DNA of 64,000 nucleotides from Bacteroidota bacterium (GTDB taxonomy: Bacteria; Bacteroidota; Bacteroidia; Bacteroidales; NBLH01). Position 1 is the first letter of the stretch, and each line of letters begins with the position of its first letter. Shown here piece by piece: positions 39,811 through 49,450 of this stretch. The translations under genes and the position numbers were made by a program. The stretch is from NCBI GenBank assembly GCA_025361565.1, contig JANYKN010000195.1:22791-86790 (forward strand), given 5' to 3'. The notes under the pieces were generated by a model. The model had not been told where the DNA came from. It saw nothing but the letters and a program-made list of their open reading frames with translations, and ran no database searches.

Positions 39811-41445
39811 TTATGGCAATTCAAAAACCTTCAACAAACTTTCTGTTTCTTCATTTTTCCTTTTATTATCCCAATTTAACAACTCGGATGCCAAATCAGA
39901 GACTAAGGCAATTACTTCCTTTCCGGGATTTCCCAAAGTACCTAATCCAGTTCGTCTTAAAAAAATATCTTTCAAGGTTTTAGCCATTTCCTTTTTAATT
40001 GCATAATACACCTGCGCAAGCAATTCACCATCAGCATTTAGTACTTTTGATAAATGACTGTTTTCTTGGGCAATTTCAAAAATCATTTTACTTTCTGTTC
40101 CATAATTTCTGCCCATGTATTCAATGGTATTAGAGCTGAATTCCTTGTCGTATTTATTATGAAGCTTAATCATAAATTCCTCCATATTTTTAATTTCACA
40201 CCCAGATAAGTAATTATTATAGGTAATTGAATCTTTAAGCTTAATATTCAATTTCTTTTGCACTAAATCCATTACATGGTAGGCTAAATTTCTGCTTGTT
40301 GTGTATTTCCCTCCTTCAACAGTAATTAGTCCTTCAATGCCGTCTTTTGAATTGTCGTATACTTCATATTTTCTTGATGACTCATAAGATCCTTCAGTTT
40401 GATCATCAATCAATGGCCTTAATCCACCATAAGCAAAAATCACATCTTCATATCTAAGTTTCCCATCTCCATAATACTGATTTACAGTGTCAACTACATC
40501 CATTATTGATTCCCTCGAAACTTTATAATCGTCAGGATTTCCCTGGAATTCCTTATCAGTTGTGCCTATAATACTGTGTCCGCGCCAAGGCATCACCATA
40601 AAATGCTTTCCATCATCTTTGATAATCGATATAATATGCTCATTATTTATTTTTTTAGTTATGATATGGATACCTTCGGAACGCTTAACTTTGTATGTTT
40701 TTTCACTGCTACCTGTTGCCATCTGAAGTATAAGATCTGCCCAGGTTCCGCCACAATTGATTACCAGCGGTGCCAAAACCTCTATTTCTTTCTTGTTAAG
40801 TATATCATAAACATCAATACCCTGTATTTCATTTTTTCCATTTTTAATAAATCCCTTTACCAATGCATAATTTGAAACTTTTGCACCATAATCTATTGCA
40901 GATTTAATAAAAGCAAGGGTTAGGCGTTCTGGGAAAATACTCTGATAATCATAAAAAATAGTTGAACTTACAAGTTTATTCTTGCGTATTCCTGGTTCAA
41001 GTTTTAAAGTTTTATTTCTTCTATAGGTATCATGATTTGACAATTCTTTACTCTTATCCCAGGTATCTTTTTTATCAAAAGAAAGAACATCGTATAAAAA
41101 CATTCCTGCCATCATCATCCACATTCCACCTTTATACCTTCTATAATTAGGAATCATAAAAGGAATAGGATATATAAAATTAGGGGCTATGTTTCCGAGA
41201 ATTTTCCGCTCTTTGAGTGATTCGCGCACAAGGCTGAATTCCATATTGGCAAGATAACGCAATCCTCCATGTATGAGTTTTGATGTTGCAGCTGAAGTGG
41301 CTCCCCCAAAATCTTTTTTCTCGAGCAAAGCCACTTTCAATCCGCGGCTGGACGCTGCATAGGCAACAGCAGCCCCGGTAATACCTCCACCTATAATGAT
41401 TATATCAAACTTTTCATTTTTGAAATCTTCAATAAATCGTTCCAT
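39811..41445 (-). CDS. glpD: FAD-dependent glycerol-3-phosphate dehydrogenase/oxidase
   Basis: FDIIIIGGGITGAAVAYAASSRGLKVALLEKKDFGGATSAATSKLIHGGLRYL is the canonical GlpD N-terminus. 544 aa. Confidence 0.85.
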   Translation of the reverse strand: MERFIEDFKNEKFDIIIIGGGITGAAVAYAASSRGLKVALLEKKDFGGATSAATSKLIHGGLRYLANMEFSLVRESLKERKILGNIAPNFIYPIPFMIPNYRRYKGGMWMMMAGMFLYDVLSFDKKDTWDKSKELSNHDTYRRNKTLKLEPGIRKNKLVSSTIFYDYQSIFPERLTLAFIKSAIDYGAKVSNYALVKGFIKNGKNEIQGIDVYDILNKKEIEVLAPLVINCGGTWADLILQMATGSSEKTYKVKRSEGIHIITKKINNEHIISIIKDDGKHFMVMPWRGHSIIGTTDKEFQGNPDDYKVSRESIMDVVDTVNQYYGDGKLRYEDVIFAYGGLRPLIDDQTEGSYESSRKYEVYDNSKDGIEGLITVEGGKYTTSRNLAYHVMDLVQKKLNIKLKDSITYNNYLSGCEIKNMEEFMIKLHNKYDKEFSSNTIEYMGRNYGTESKMIFEIAQENSHLSKVLNADGELLAQVYYAIKKEMAKTLKDIFLRRTGLGTLGNPGKEVIALVSDLASELLNWDNKRKNEETESLLKVFELP

Positions 41446-41622
41446 ACTGATTGTATTCTATTGGGTTGAATATATATTTACCCAAAGTTACAGTGAATTC
41501 GTGAAGATTTGATTATCAATTGATAAGTAATAAAAATGGAAATTTGATAATAAATTTTGGCTTTCAGCTAAAGGGTTCTAGTCTTGTTTAAATCCGGATA
41601 AACAATAACCGAATAATTTTAA

Positions 41623-42192
41623 TTAACAAATTTTCCGACGAAGCCTGCTCAGTGATTGAGAAGTAATTCCAAGGTATGAAGCAATATATTGTAATGGAAC
41701 ATTTTGCAAAACATCAGGTTTTTCGCGCATGAGCTTTAGATATCTCTCTTCAGCAGATTTAGTAAGCAGGGAATAAATTCTTTTTTGCGAACGAACAAAC
41801 ATTTCTTCAACAATCCGGCGACCAATCATTTGCCAGGTGCTATAATGCTGATATAGGTAATTTAAATCCTCACGGCTAATCATAAGTACTTCGCAATCAG
41901 TAATAGTGCTGACAATTTCGAATGAAGGTTTTTTAGTAATAAAACTTGTGAGTGCTGTAAAAAATGAATTTACAGAACTTATATCTCGCGTAATTTCATC
42001 ACCTCCTTTATCAAAATAAGTTCTTAAATAACCTTTTCGCACAAACATAATATGATCTGCAACCTTTGTTTCATCAACAAGGCAAACATTCTTTTCTATC
42101 TTCTGAACCCACACTCGTTCATGCAAAGCATCCAGTTCAGCTTCTGAAAGCGTTATAAATTTATTTAAAGTGGAATCTAAATCTTTGTACAT
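41623..42192 (-). CDS. Crp/Fnr family transcriptional regulator
   Basis: 189 aa with a cNMP-binding-like beta-roll and a C-terminal HTH (LQYIASYLGITSQSLSRLRRK). Confidence 0.8.
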   Translation of the reverse strand: MYKDLDSTLNKFITLSEAELDALHERVWVQKIEKNVCLVDETKVADHIMFVRKGYLRTYFDKGGDEITRDISSVNSFFTALTSFITKKPSFEIVSTITDCEVLMISREDLNYLYQHYSTWQMIGRRIVEEMFVRSQKRIYSLLTKSAEERYLKLMREKPDVLQNVPLQYIASYLGITSQSLSRLRRKIC

Positions 42193-42323
42193 TCTTTCGT
42201 TCTCTTTTCAACAAAAATAAAACTTATGTTTCGTTTAAAAAATCAATCCATAAATATTTTTTTTGATATACAATTACACTTTGTTAATTTTGCTTGCCAT
42301 TTTAAAATAACATATCCAAAATT

Positions 42324-44177
42324 ATGAACTCATTTTACAGATTTTTCCTTGTTGCAATTACGGTTTTAGTTTACTCCTCTCTTTTTGGTCAAAATACAAC
42401 TGAAAAGTCTGAAAAACAAATCTTTATCTTCGGTAAAAAGTATTATTTACACGAAGTAAAAAAAGGGCAAACCCTTTTTTCAATTAGTTCAGCATATGAT
42501 GTAAGTGTTCAAGATATTGTATCTGAAAATTCTGCCTTGGCTGGTGGTAAATTAAAAGTTGGAATGGAAATTAAAGTTCCAGCCAATGAAAGTTCAAATC
42601 AAACAACAGTAAAATCAGGAGATAAATACATTTTTCACACCATCGAAAAAAAGCAAACCCTGTATTTTCTGTGCAGAAAATATAACGTAGATGAATCAGA
42701 TCTTATCAGGCTTAACCCTGAAATAAGGCAGGGACTTAAAGTTGGCCAAGTTATCAAAGTTCCAAAACCTGGTTCTGAGCCAATAAACGTAGATAAAGAT
42801 TTCAATTTCCATACTGTGCTGCCAGGTGAAACTCTCTTTTCGTTGGCTCAACGTTATGGAATAGAAATCAGCTCTCTCAAATTAGAAAACCCTGATATTC
42901 AAAAGGAAGGCCTAAAAACTGGGCAGGTTATTAAAATCCCGCAAGCCAATAGTTCATCATCAGATGTACTCAATATTGTTCCTACAATTATATCAAATAA
43001 CAATAACAGTGCTTATGATCCTTTATATTTTGAAGAGTCAGGTGTTGTACCATGCAGCGAATTCAAATACAATAATATAAAATTTAAAGTAGCAGTTTTG
43101 CTTCCACTTTTTATTCAGGAAAACTATGCTTTGAAAAATTCAGGATCTTATTATAAAAATTCGGGACGCTTTTATGAGTTTTATCAAGGATTATTGATTG
43201 CAGCAAAAAGAATGAAGGAGAACGGTGTTTCCATTGAGTTTTATATAAAGGACGAAAAAGCAAGTGCAGCAACAACCCGTGAAATACTGGCACAAAATGA
43301 TATGAAAGATATGGATTTGATTATCGGCCCTGTTTATAGTGAGAACTTTAAGCTTGCAAGTGAGTTTGCCAAAGCAAATAAAATTAATATTGTTTCTCCA
43401 TTTAAGCTTGCCGATAATAGTATAGCAAACAACAATCCTTTTATATTTATGACCAATCCGAGTGATGAAACTGAAATTGCAAATATTTCAAAATATCTGG
43501 CAAGCTCAAACAATAGAAGTATTGTAGCCATCCATAATGGAACCCAGGAAGAAGCTCAGGCCATTTCAATTTTGAAAAATAAACTAATCAGATCATTTTC
43601 TCCCGATCAACAAGTAAATGAAATTGTATTTAAAGAAATTAATTATAAAGCTGGTGGTATTGGCGCTGTTGAAGATGCACTATCAGTTGGATTAAATAAT
43701 ATAATTATTGTCCCATCAAAAGATGACGTATTTATTACTAATTTAGTTACCAAACTAAATTATCTGACAAATAAATACAAAATTACCATTTTTGGTATGC
43801 AGCCATGGGAACAGAATAGAAATATTGAACTTGAATATCTTAAAAATCTTCAATTTCATTATGGCACAATTAGTTATATCGACAAAGAGAAGAAAGCTGT
43901 GAAAGATTTTGATTTCCAGTACAAAGCCTATTTTAAAAATGATCCTTCAATATACTCTTATTTGGGATTCGATGTAACTTCATATTTTTTGAACCAGTTA
44001 AAAAACTATGGTAAAAATTTCCAGTTTTGTTTATCAAAATCCGAGGACGAGTCTTATTCGTCAGGATTAAGATTTGATTTTAATTTTGACAGGATTAGCC
44101 CTGTTAGTGGTTTTGAAAACAATTGGATAAGAATTGTTAAAATTGACGAAGATTATAATTTGGTTAAAGTAAATTAA
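42324..44177 (+). CDS. LysM repeat protein with periplasmic-binding-protein-like C-terminal domain
   Basis: Signal peptide, then three or four LysM units (HEVKKGQTLFSISSAYDV..., HTIEKKQTLYFLCRKYNV..., HTVLPGETLFSLAQRYGI...). A PBP type 1-like region follows. Confidence 0.75.
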   Translation: MNSFYRFFLVAITVLVYSSLFGQNTTEKSEKQIFIFGKKYYLHEVKKGQTLFSISSAYDVSVQDIVSENSALAGGKLKVGMEIKVPANESSNQTTVKSGDKYIFHTIEKKQTLYFLCRKYNVDESDLIRLNPEIRQGLKVGQVIKVPKPGSEPINVDKDFNFHTVLPGETLFSLAQRYGIEISSLKLENPDIQKEGLKTGQVIKIPQANSSSSDVLNIVPTIISNNNNSAYDPLYFEESGVVPCSEFKYNNIKFKVAVLLPLFIQENYALKNSGSYYKNSGRFYEFYQGLLIAAKRMKENGVSIEFYIKDEKASAATTREILAQNDMKDMDLIIGPVYSENFKLASEFAKANKINIVSPFKLADNSIANNNPFIFMTNPSDETEIANISKYLASSNNRSIVAIHNGTQEEAQAISILKNKLIRSFSPDQQVNEIVFKEINYKAGGIGAVEDALSVGLNNIIIVPSKDDVFITNLVTKLNYLTNKYKITIFGMQPWEQNRNIELEYLKNLQFHYGTISYIDKEKKAVKDFDFQYKAYFKNDPSIYSYLGFDVTSYFLNQLKNYGKNFQFCLSKSEDESYSSGLRFDFNFDRISPVSGFENNWIRIVKIDEDYNLVKVN

Positions 44178-44223
44178 ACAAATAAATTCAATAATTACAG
44201 GCGGCTTATTTTATAAAAATCTT

Positions 44224-44874
44224 GTGAAAACGAAAAGCCATTATATTGAAGAGCTAATTGAACAAGGTGAAAATCAGTGTCTGGATTTCAAATTTGCCGT
44301 TAACGATTCAAAAAAAATTGCACGTACCTTGGTCGCCTTTTCAAATACAAAAGGAGGAAGGCTTTTAATTGGTGTAAAAGACAATGGAGCTATAGCTGGG
44401 GTGCGTACCGACGAAGAGTATCACATGATTGAGGGTGCGGCAGAAATATACTGTAAGCCCAAAATTAGCTTCGAAACAAAAGACTGGACAATTAATGGCA
44501 AAAAAGTACTCGAAATAATCATTCCCGAAAGCCAGGAAAAACCTAATATGGCACTTGTAGATAATAATAAATGGATGGCATTTGTTAGAGTTGCTGATGA
44601 AAATATTCTTGCCGATGCTGTTTTATTAAAAGTTTGGCAAAATCATAAAAAAGGAAATGGAATTAAAATATACAATACCGAACCAGGCAACAAACTTTTA
44701 ATGTATATTAATGATAATAAAGAAATTACACTACAAGGGTTTCTGAAACTTGCAAAAATTTCTTATCACAAAGGCATTCAGATTTTATCAGACTTAATCA
44801 CAATCGGGCTTATTGAAATTGATTATGCAAACAATCATTTCGTTTATATGGCAAAAAAAAATGCAAAAGAATAA
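44224..44874 (+). CDS. AlbA_2 (Schlafen-like divergent AAA) domain protein
   Basis: GENQCLDFKF...IARTLVAFSNTKGGRLLIGVKDNGAIAGV is the AlbA_2 core. GTG start per the ORF track, with no nearby in-frame ATG. Confidence 0.6.
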   Translation: MKTKSHYIEELIEQGENQCLDFKFAVNDSKKIARTLVAFSNTKGGRLLIGVKDNGAIAGVRTDEEYHMIEGAAEIYCKPKISFETKDWTINGKKVLEIIIPESQEKPNMALVDNNKWMAFVRVADENILADAVLLKVWQNHKKGNGIKIYNTEPGNKLLMYINDNKEITLQGFLKLAKISYHKGIQILSDLITIGLIEIDYANNHFVYMAKKNAKE

Positions 44875-44943
44875 AGTTTGGGATATTAAATAATAGTGCA
44901 TTAGAAGTTTCAATAACAACAATTACCACTTAAATATCTAATT

Positions 44944-46407
44944 ATGAAAACCATAAAAATTCTCTTAATAACCTTTCTTATAAAAATATTATTTGCTTTT
45001 GTAATTATTGCTCAACCTACTCAAAACAAAGTGGAAGTTCTAATATCTACTTTTTTGGGTAATGAAAAAAGGAATTACTATGGTAATGAAGCTCCCAATA
45101 AGCTGAATCAGATTTGGAAAATTTGGCTTGGCGAAGGCATTAGCCCTGCCTATGGAACTGATAAAGTTTGGAAAGGAGCCGGCTGGACTGGTCAACCATT
45201 GCTGGTAAGAGAGAATGGCACGTTATATCTTATCCAAGGCGCATTTGATTATCACCTAAAAAAAATTAAAGCAGAAACCGGAGAGCTCGTATGGCAATAC
45301 AAATTCGAAGATATTATAAAAGCCACCGGAACAATTTGGGAAGATAAAAAAGCAACAAATCCTGATAATAGATACATTATTTTGCAAGGAAGTCGTTTAG
45401 GTTTCTGGAATAGTCATGAAGACAGATACATACCAAGCTACCGGGGAATTTCCTATTTAACAGGTAAAGAACTTTGGCGCCTAAACGTTAAAAAAACAGA
45501 TAGTTACAGCCGCGATGTGGATGGATCAGCATTGGTAATAGACAGTACAGCCTATCTTGCACTAGAAAACGGTATATTTACCGTATTTGATCCCAGTCCA
45601 TTGCACCTTGAAAGATTGGATGACGTTATGCAGCCAAAAATTATCCAGGAAATTAAATATTATGATGACAGGGATATTAAATTACATGGTGACGATTTGG
45701 TTTCGGAATCATCTCCAACTTATTTGAATGGCAGAATTTTTACTTTAGCAGGTACCGGAAGGATTTACGGCTATAATGTTGAAAAAAAAGCCAATGATTG
45801 GGATTATTATATTGGAACCGATTTAAATGGCTCGGCACCGGCAACAGATGATGGTTGCTTATTAATCCCTGTTGAAAAACAATATATGCCAGGTAGCGGA
45901 GGAGTAATGAAAATTGATCCTTCAAAATCTGGAAATAAGAGTGTAGTTTGGTTCTACCCTACTCCTGATAAAAAATGGTTTCATTGGGATGGCGGAATAA
46001 TTGGCTCTATATCATGCAATGACGCTTATGTTAGCGATACAGAACAACATTTTGCTGTTTTCCTTGATGTGAGCGGTGAATTAACAGTTTTAGATCATCA
46101 AAAACTAGAAAAAGGAAAAACTGTGTTGGGTCCGGATAGTATCACCAGATTTAACACTCCTATTGTAATTGCAAAAGTGAATATCCCAGGAACTATTTCC
46201 ACCCCACTAATAGTAAAAGATAAAATTATTGCGGCTACAGATAGTGGACTATTCCTTTATAAACTAGTGAAAACTGGGAAAAGCTACAAACTCGATTTGC
46301 TTGATAAAGTTGACGGCCTTCCAATTGATGCAACACCAATAGTTTGGGACAAAAGGCTATATATTGCCGTGAGGGATGGGTATATGTATTGTTTTGGGGA
46401 TGAATAA
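44944..46407 (+). CDS. PQQ-like/BamB-like beta-propeller repeat protein, secreted
   Basis: Signal peptide. Repeated G..vW.. blades (TGELVWQYKF, GKELWRLNV, NDWDYYIG...). 487 aa. Confidence 0.45.
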   Translation: MKTIKILLITFLIKILFAFVIIAQPTQNKVEVLISTFLGNEKRNYYGNEAPNKLNQIWKIWLGEGISPAYGTDKVWKGAGWTGQPLLVRENGTLYLIQGAFDYHLKKIKAETGELVWQYKFEDIIKATGTIWEDKKATNPDNRYIILQGSRLGFWNSHEDRYIPSYRGISYLTGKELWRLNVKKTDSYSRDVDGSALVIDSTAYLALENGIFTVFDPSPLHLERLDDVMQPKIIQEIKYYDDRDIKLHGDDLVSESSPTYLNGRIFTLAGTGRIYGYNVEKKANDWDYYIGTDLNGSAPATDDGCLLIPVEKQYMPGSGGVMKIDPSKSGNKSVVWFYPTPDKKWFHWDGGIIGSISCNDAYVSDTEQHFAVFLDVSGELTVLDHQKLEKGKTVLGPDSITRFNTPIVIAKVNIPGTISTPLIVKDKIIAATDSGLFLYKLVKTGKSYKLDLLDKVDGLPIDATPIVWDKRLYIAVRDGYMYCFGDE

Positions 46408-46501
46408 AATTTCACTTTGATTATATTCAATAGTGGCTTATTCAGTCAGTTTAATATTGTTTTACTGAAAGGAAAGTTTCCTTATTAAACAAATATCAGG
46501 T

Positions 46502-46876
46502 TTATTCAAATGTACCTCGTATAGATTTGTCTATCTCTTTGATATTAAATGGTTTTCTAAAATATTTATTGATTAATTTTTCTTTTAAAGCATTTGAAAT
46601 TTCATCAGTAATATCGAAACCGGTAAGAATAAAAAACACAATGTTTTGATATTCAAGTTTTGCTTTTCTTATAAATTCAACCCCATTCATTCCGGGCATT
46701 TTCATATCACTAATAACAACAGCTATATCTGAATTAAGTTTTAATTTATTAAGTCCTTCAAATCCAGAATCAGCAGTATATACTTTATATTCTTTTCGGA
46801 AATTTATTAAAAAAAGTTCACGGTTTATTTGCTCATCATCAACATATAACAAACTAATTTGATCTTTTTGCTCCAT
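46502..46876 (-). CDS. single-domain response regulator (CheY-like receiver)
   Basis: LLYVDDEQ...VVISDMKMPGMNGVEF...ILTG...KP receiver signature. No output domain. Confidence 0.85.
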   Translation of the reverse strand: MEQKDQISLLYVDDEQINRELFLINFRKEYKVYTADSGFEGLNKLKLNSDIAVVISDMKMPGMNGVEFIRKAKLEYQNIVFFILTGFDITDEISNALKEKLINKYFRKPFNIKEIDKSIRGTFE

Positions 46877-47133
46877 GCCCTTTTAATTTATTAAAAATAA
46901 AATCATTGAATCTGCGCTAAACTATAAAAAATCACATAATCGAACTATTATTATTGACATGAAGGAATTGCAAGATGATGGATATTTGAAAATCAATGAC
47001 TAAGGATATAGGTTATACTGACAATTTATAACTGAAAATTTCTAATTCTATTATAAGGATTTGTTTGACGTGTTTATCTATTATCTGTCAAGTTTATCGA
47101 TAAAAACCTGTCTAATTGTCAGTAATTTCAACT

Positions 47134-47148
47134 TGGCACATCCTTTGA
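47134..47148 (+). promoter_or_regulatory. sigma-54-like -24/-12 element (TGGCAC-N5-TTGA) upstream of htpG
   Basis: TGGCAC at 47134-47139, 5-nt spacer, TTGA at 47145-47148. Deviates from the TTGC consensus at the last base. Ends 46 nt before the htpG ATG. Confidence 0.25.
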
Positions 47149-47194
47149 AAATCCCTTTAGCGAATAAAATGTCGAACTCAAAATATTATCAAAA

Positions 47195-49249
47195 ATGCAA
47201 AAAGGACAAATTAATGTTACAACCGAGAACATTTTTCCAATAATTAAAAAATTCTTGTATTCAGATCACGAAATATTTCTTCGTGAATTGGTCTCGAATG
47301 CAGTGGATGCAACTCAAAAACTAAAAACACTTGCCACTACTGGCGAATACGATGGAGAACTGAGTGATGTTGCAATTAGGATTGATGTAAATAAAAAGAA
47401 AAAAACCATTACCATTACCGATAGAGGAGTTGGTATGACCGAAGATGAAATTGACAAGTATATCAACCAGATTGCCTTTTCAAGCGCCGAAGAATTTCTG
47501 GAAAAATATAAAGACAAAGCCAATGCAATTATCGGACATTTTGGCCTGGGTTTTTATTCTTCTTTCATGGTTTCAAGCAAAGTTGAAATTCACACCAAAT
47601 CTTATAAAAATGATTCGAAAGCAATCAAATGGGAATGTGACGGTAGCCCTGAATTTTCTATAGAAGAAATTAAAAAAGAAGATTACGGAACAAAAATCAT
47701 CCTTCATATTGATGATGAATCGAAAGATTTCCTCGAAAAGAGTAAAATTGAAGAATTGTTGAAAAAGTATTGTAAATTCCTTCCTGTTCCTATTGTATTT
47801 GGCAAAAAAACAGAATGGAAAGAAGGAAAGGAAGTTGATACAGATCAAGATAATCAGATTAACAACACATCTCCTGCATGGACAAAAAAGCCTGCCGATT
47901 TAAAGGAAGAGGATTATCAAAGCTTCTATAAGGAATTATATCCGATGACTTTTGACAATCCATTGTTTAACATTCATTTAAATGTGGATTATCCTTTTAA
48001 TTTGACAGGGATTCTATATTTTCCTAAAATCAAACAGAATTTTGAAATCCAGAAGAACAAAATACAACTTTATTCTAATCAAGTATTTGTTACCGATTCT
48101 GTCGAAGGAATTGTTCCGGAATTTTTAACCTTGTTGCATGGAGTTATCGACTCACCTGATATCCCATTAAACGTTTCACGCAGCTATTTGCAAAGTGACT
48201 CAAATGTTAAAAAAATCTCAAGCCATATCACTAAAAAAGTAGCTGACAGGCTAAGCGATATTTTCAAAAACGAACGTGACGAATTTGAGAAAAAATGGGA
48301 AGATCTAAAGCTCTTTGTTGCTTACGGTATGTTATCAGATCCGAAGTTTTACGAAAAAGCAATCAAATTTGCTTTATTTAAAAATACAGAAGGCAAATCC
48401 TTTACATGGGATGAATATAATACATTAATTAAAGATAATCAGACTGATAAGGATAAAAATCTAATTTGTCTATACACATCTGATACGGAAGCTCAGTTTA
48501 CCTTTATTGAAGCTGCAAAAAGAAAAGGATATGATGTTTTGGTATTGAATGGTCAACTCGATAGTCATTTATTGAATCACCTTGAGAGCAAATTTGAAAA
48601 CACACGTTTTACCAGAGTAGATTCTGACGTAGTTGAAAAATTGATTAGAAAGGATGAAGATACTACTTCAAAACTCAAAAAAGAAGAGGAATTAGATTTA
48701 ATCACAGTTTTTAAAAGCCATCTTCCAAAAGAAGGCAATTATATTGTGATGTTTGAACCGATGAGTCCAAATTCTAACCCAGTAATGATTACCCAATCCG
48801 AATTTATGCGAAGGATGAAGGAAATGTCGGCAATGGGTGGTGGTATGAGTTTTTATGGTGATTTACCAAGTAGCTATAATTTAGTTGTTAATTCAAATCA
48901 TAACCTGATTGAGCAAATTGCTAAATCGACGGAAGAAGCAGTAAAAGCGAAATTGGAGCCGATAAAAAAAGAGGTTTCATCTATTGATTCTGACATTCAG
49001 GCACTTGAAACACTTAAAAAAGGTAAAAAAGAAGACGAAATTGCTCAAGAAGAAAAAGACCAAATGGATGAGCTTCGTAAAAAGAAAGACGATTTGAATA
49101 AGAAAAAGGAGGACGTATTGAGCGAATATGGAAAAGACAACAAATTAATCAAGCAATTGGTCGATTTGGCTTTACTTTCGAATAATATGCTAAAAGGCGA
49201 AGCGCTTGATAATTTTGTAAAAAGGAGCGTGGAACTGATTGAGAAATAA
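47195..49249 (+). CDS. htpG: molecular chaperone HtpG (Hsp90)
   Basis: ENIFPIIKKFLYSDHEIFLRELVSNAVDA and IGHFGLGFYSSFMV, GHKL ATPase motifs. 684 aa. Confidence 0.92.
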   Translation: MQKGQINVTTENIFPIIKKFLYSDHEIFLRELVSNAVDATQKLKTLATTGEYDGELSDVAIRIDVNKKKKTITITDRGVGMTEDEIDKYINQIAFSSAEEFLEKYKDKANAIIGHFGLGFYSSFMVSSKVEIHTKSYKNDSKAIKWECDGSPEFSIEEIKKEDYGTKIILHIDDESKDFLEKSKIEELLKKYCKFLPVPIVFGKKTEWKEGKEVDTDQDNQINNTSPAWTKKPADLKEEDYQSFYKELYPMTFDNPLFNIHLNVDYPFNLTGILYFPKIKQNFEIQKNKIQLYSNQVFVTDSVEGIVPEFLTLLHGVIDSPDIPLNVSRSYLQSDSNVKKISSHITKKVADRLSDIFKNERDEFEKKWEDLKLFVAYGMLSDPKFYEKAIKFALFKNTEGKSFTWDEYNTLIKDNQTDKDKNLICLYTSDTEAQFTFIEAAKRKGYDVLVLNGQLDSHLLNHLESKFENTRFTRVDSDVVEKLIRKDEDTTSKLKKEEELDLITVFKSHLPKEGNYIVMFEPMSPNSNPVMITQSEFMRRMKEMSAMGGGMSFYGDLPSSYNLVVNSNHNLIEQIAKSTEEAVKAKLEPIKKEVSSIDSDIQALETLKKGKKEDEIAQEEKDQMDELRKKKDDLNKKKEDVLSEYGKDNKLIKQLVDLALLSNNMLKGEALDNFVKRSVELIEK

Positions 49250-49270
49250 ATAGAAATCCATCAAGGACTC

Positions 49271-49310
49271 TAAAAGAAAAAGGACCACAAACGCGGTCCT
49301 TTTTCTTTTT
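49271..49310. terminator. bidirectional terminator shared by htpG and the convergent tRNA-Gly
   Basis: Stem aaaaaggacc (49276-49285) / ggtccttttt (49295-49304), with T-runs on both strands. Confidence 0.75.
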
Positions 49311-49319
49311 AAATAAGTG

Positions 49320-49392
49320 AGCGAGAAACGGGTCTCGAACCCGCGACCTTAAGCTTGGGAAGCTTACGCTCTACCAACTGAGCTACTCTCGC
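49320..49392 (-). tRNA. tRNA-Gly (anticodon CCC)
   Basis: The reverse complement folds as GCGAGAG-TA-GCTC-AGTTGGTA-GAGC-G-TAAGC-TTCCCAA-GCTTA-AGGTC-GCGGG-TTCGAGA-CCCGT-TTCTCGC-T. CCA is not encoded. Confidence 0.88.
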
Positions 49393-49450
49393 GATGCGAT
49401 GCCAAAAGTAATAAATTTTGTAAAATTACTAGTGTAATCAAACAAATTTT

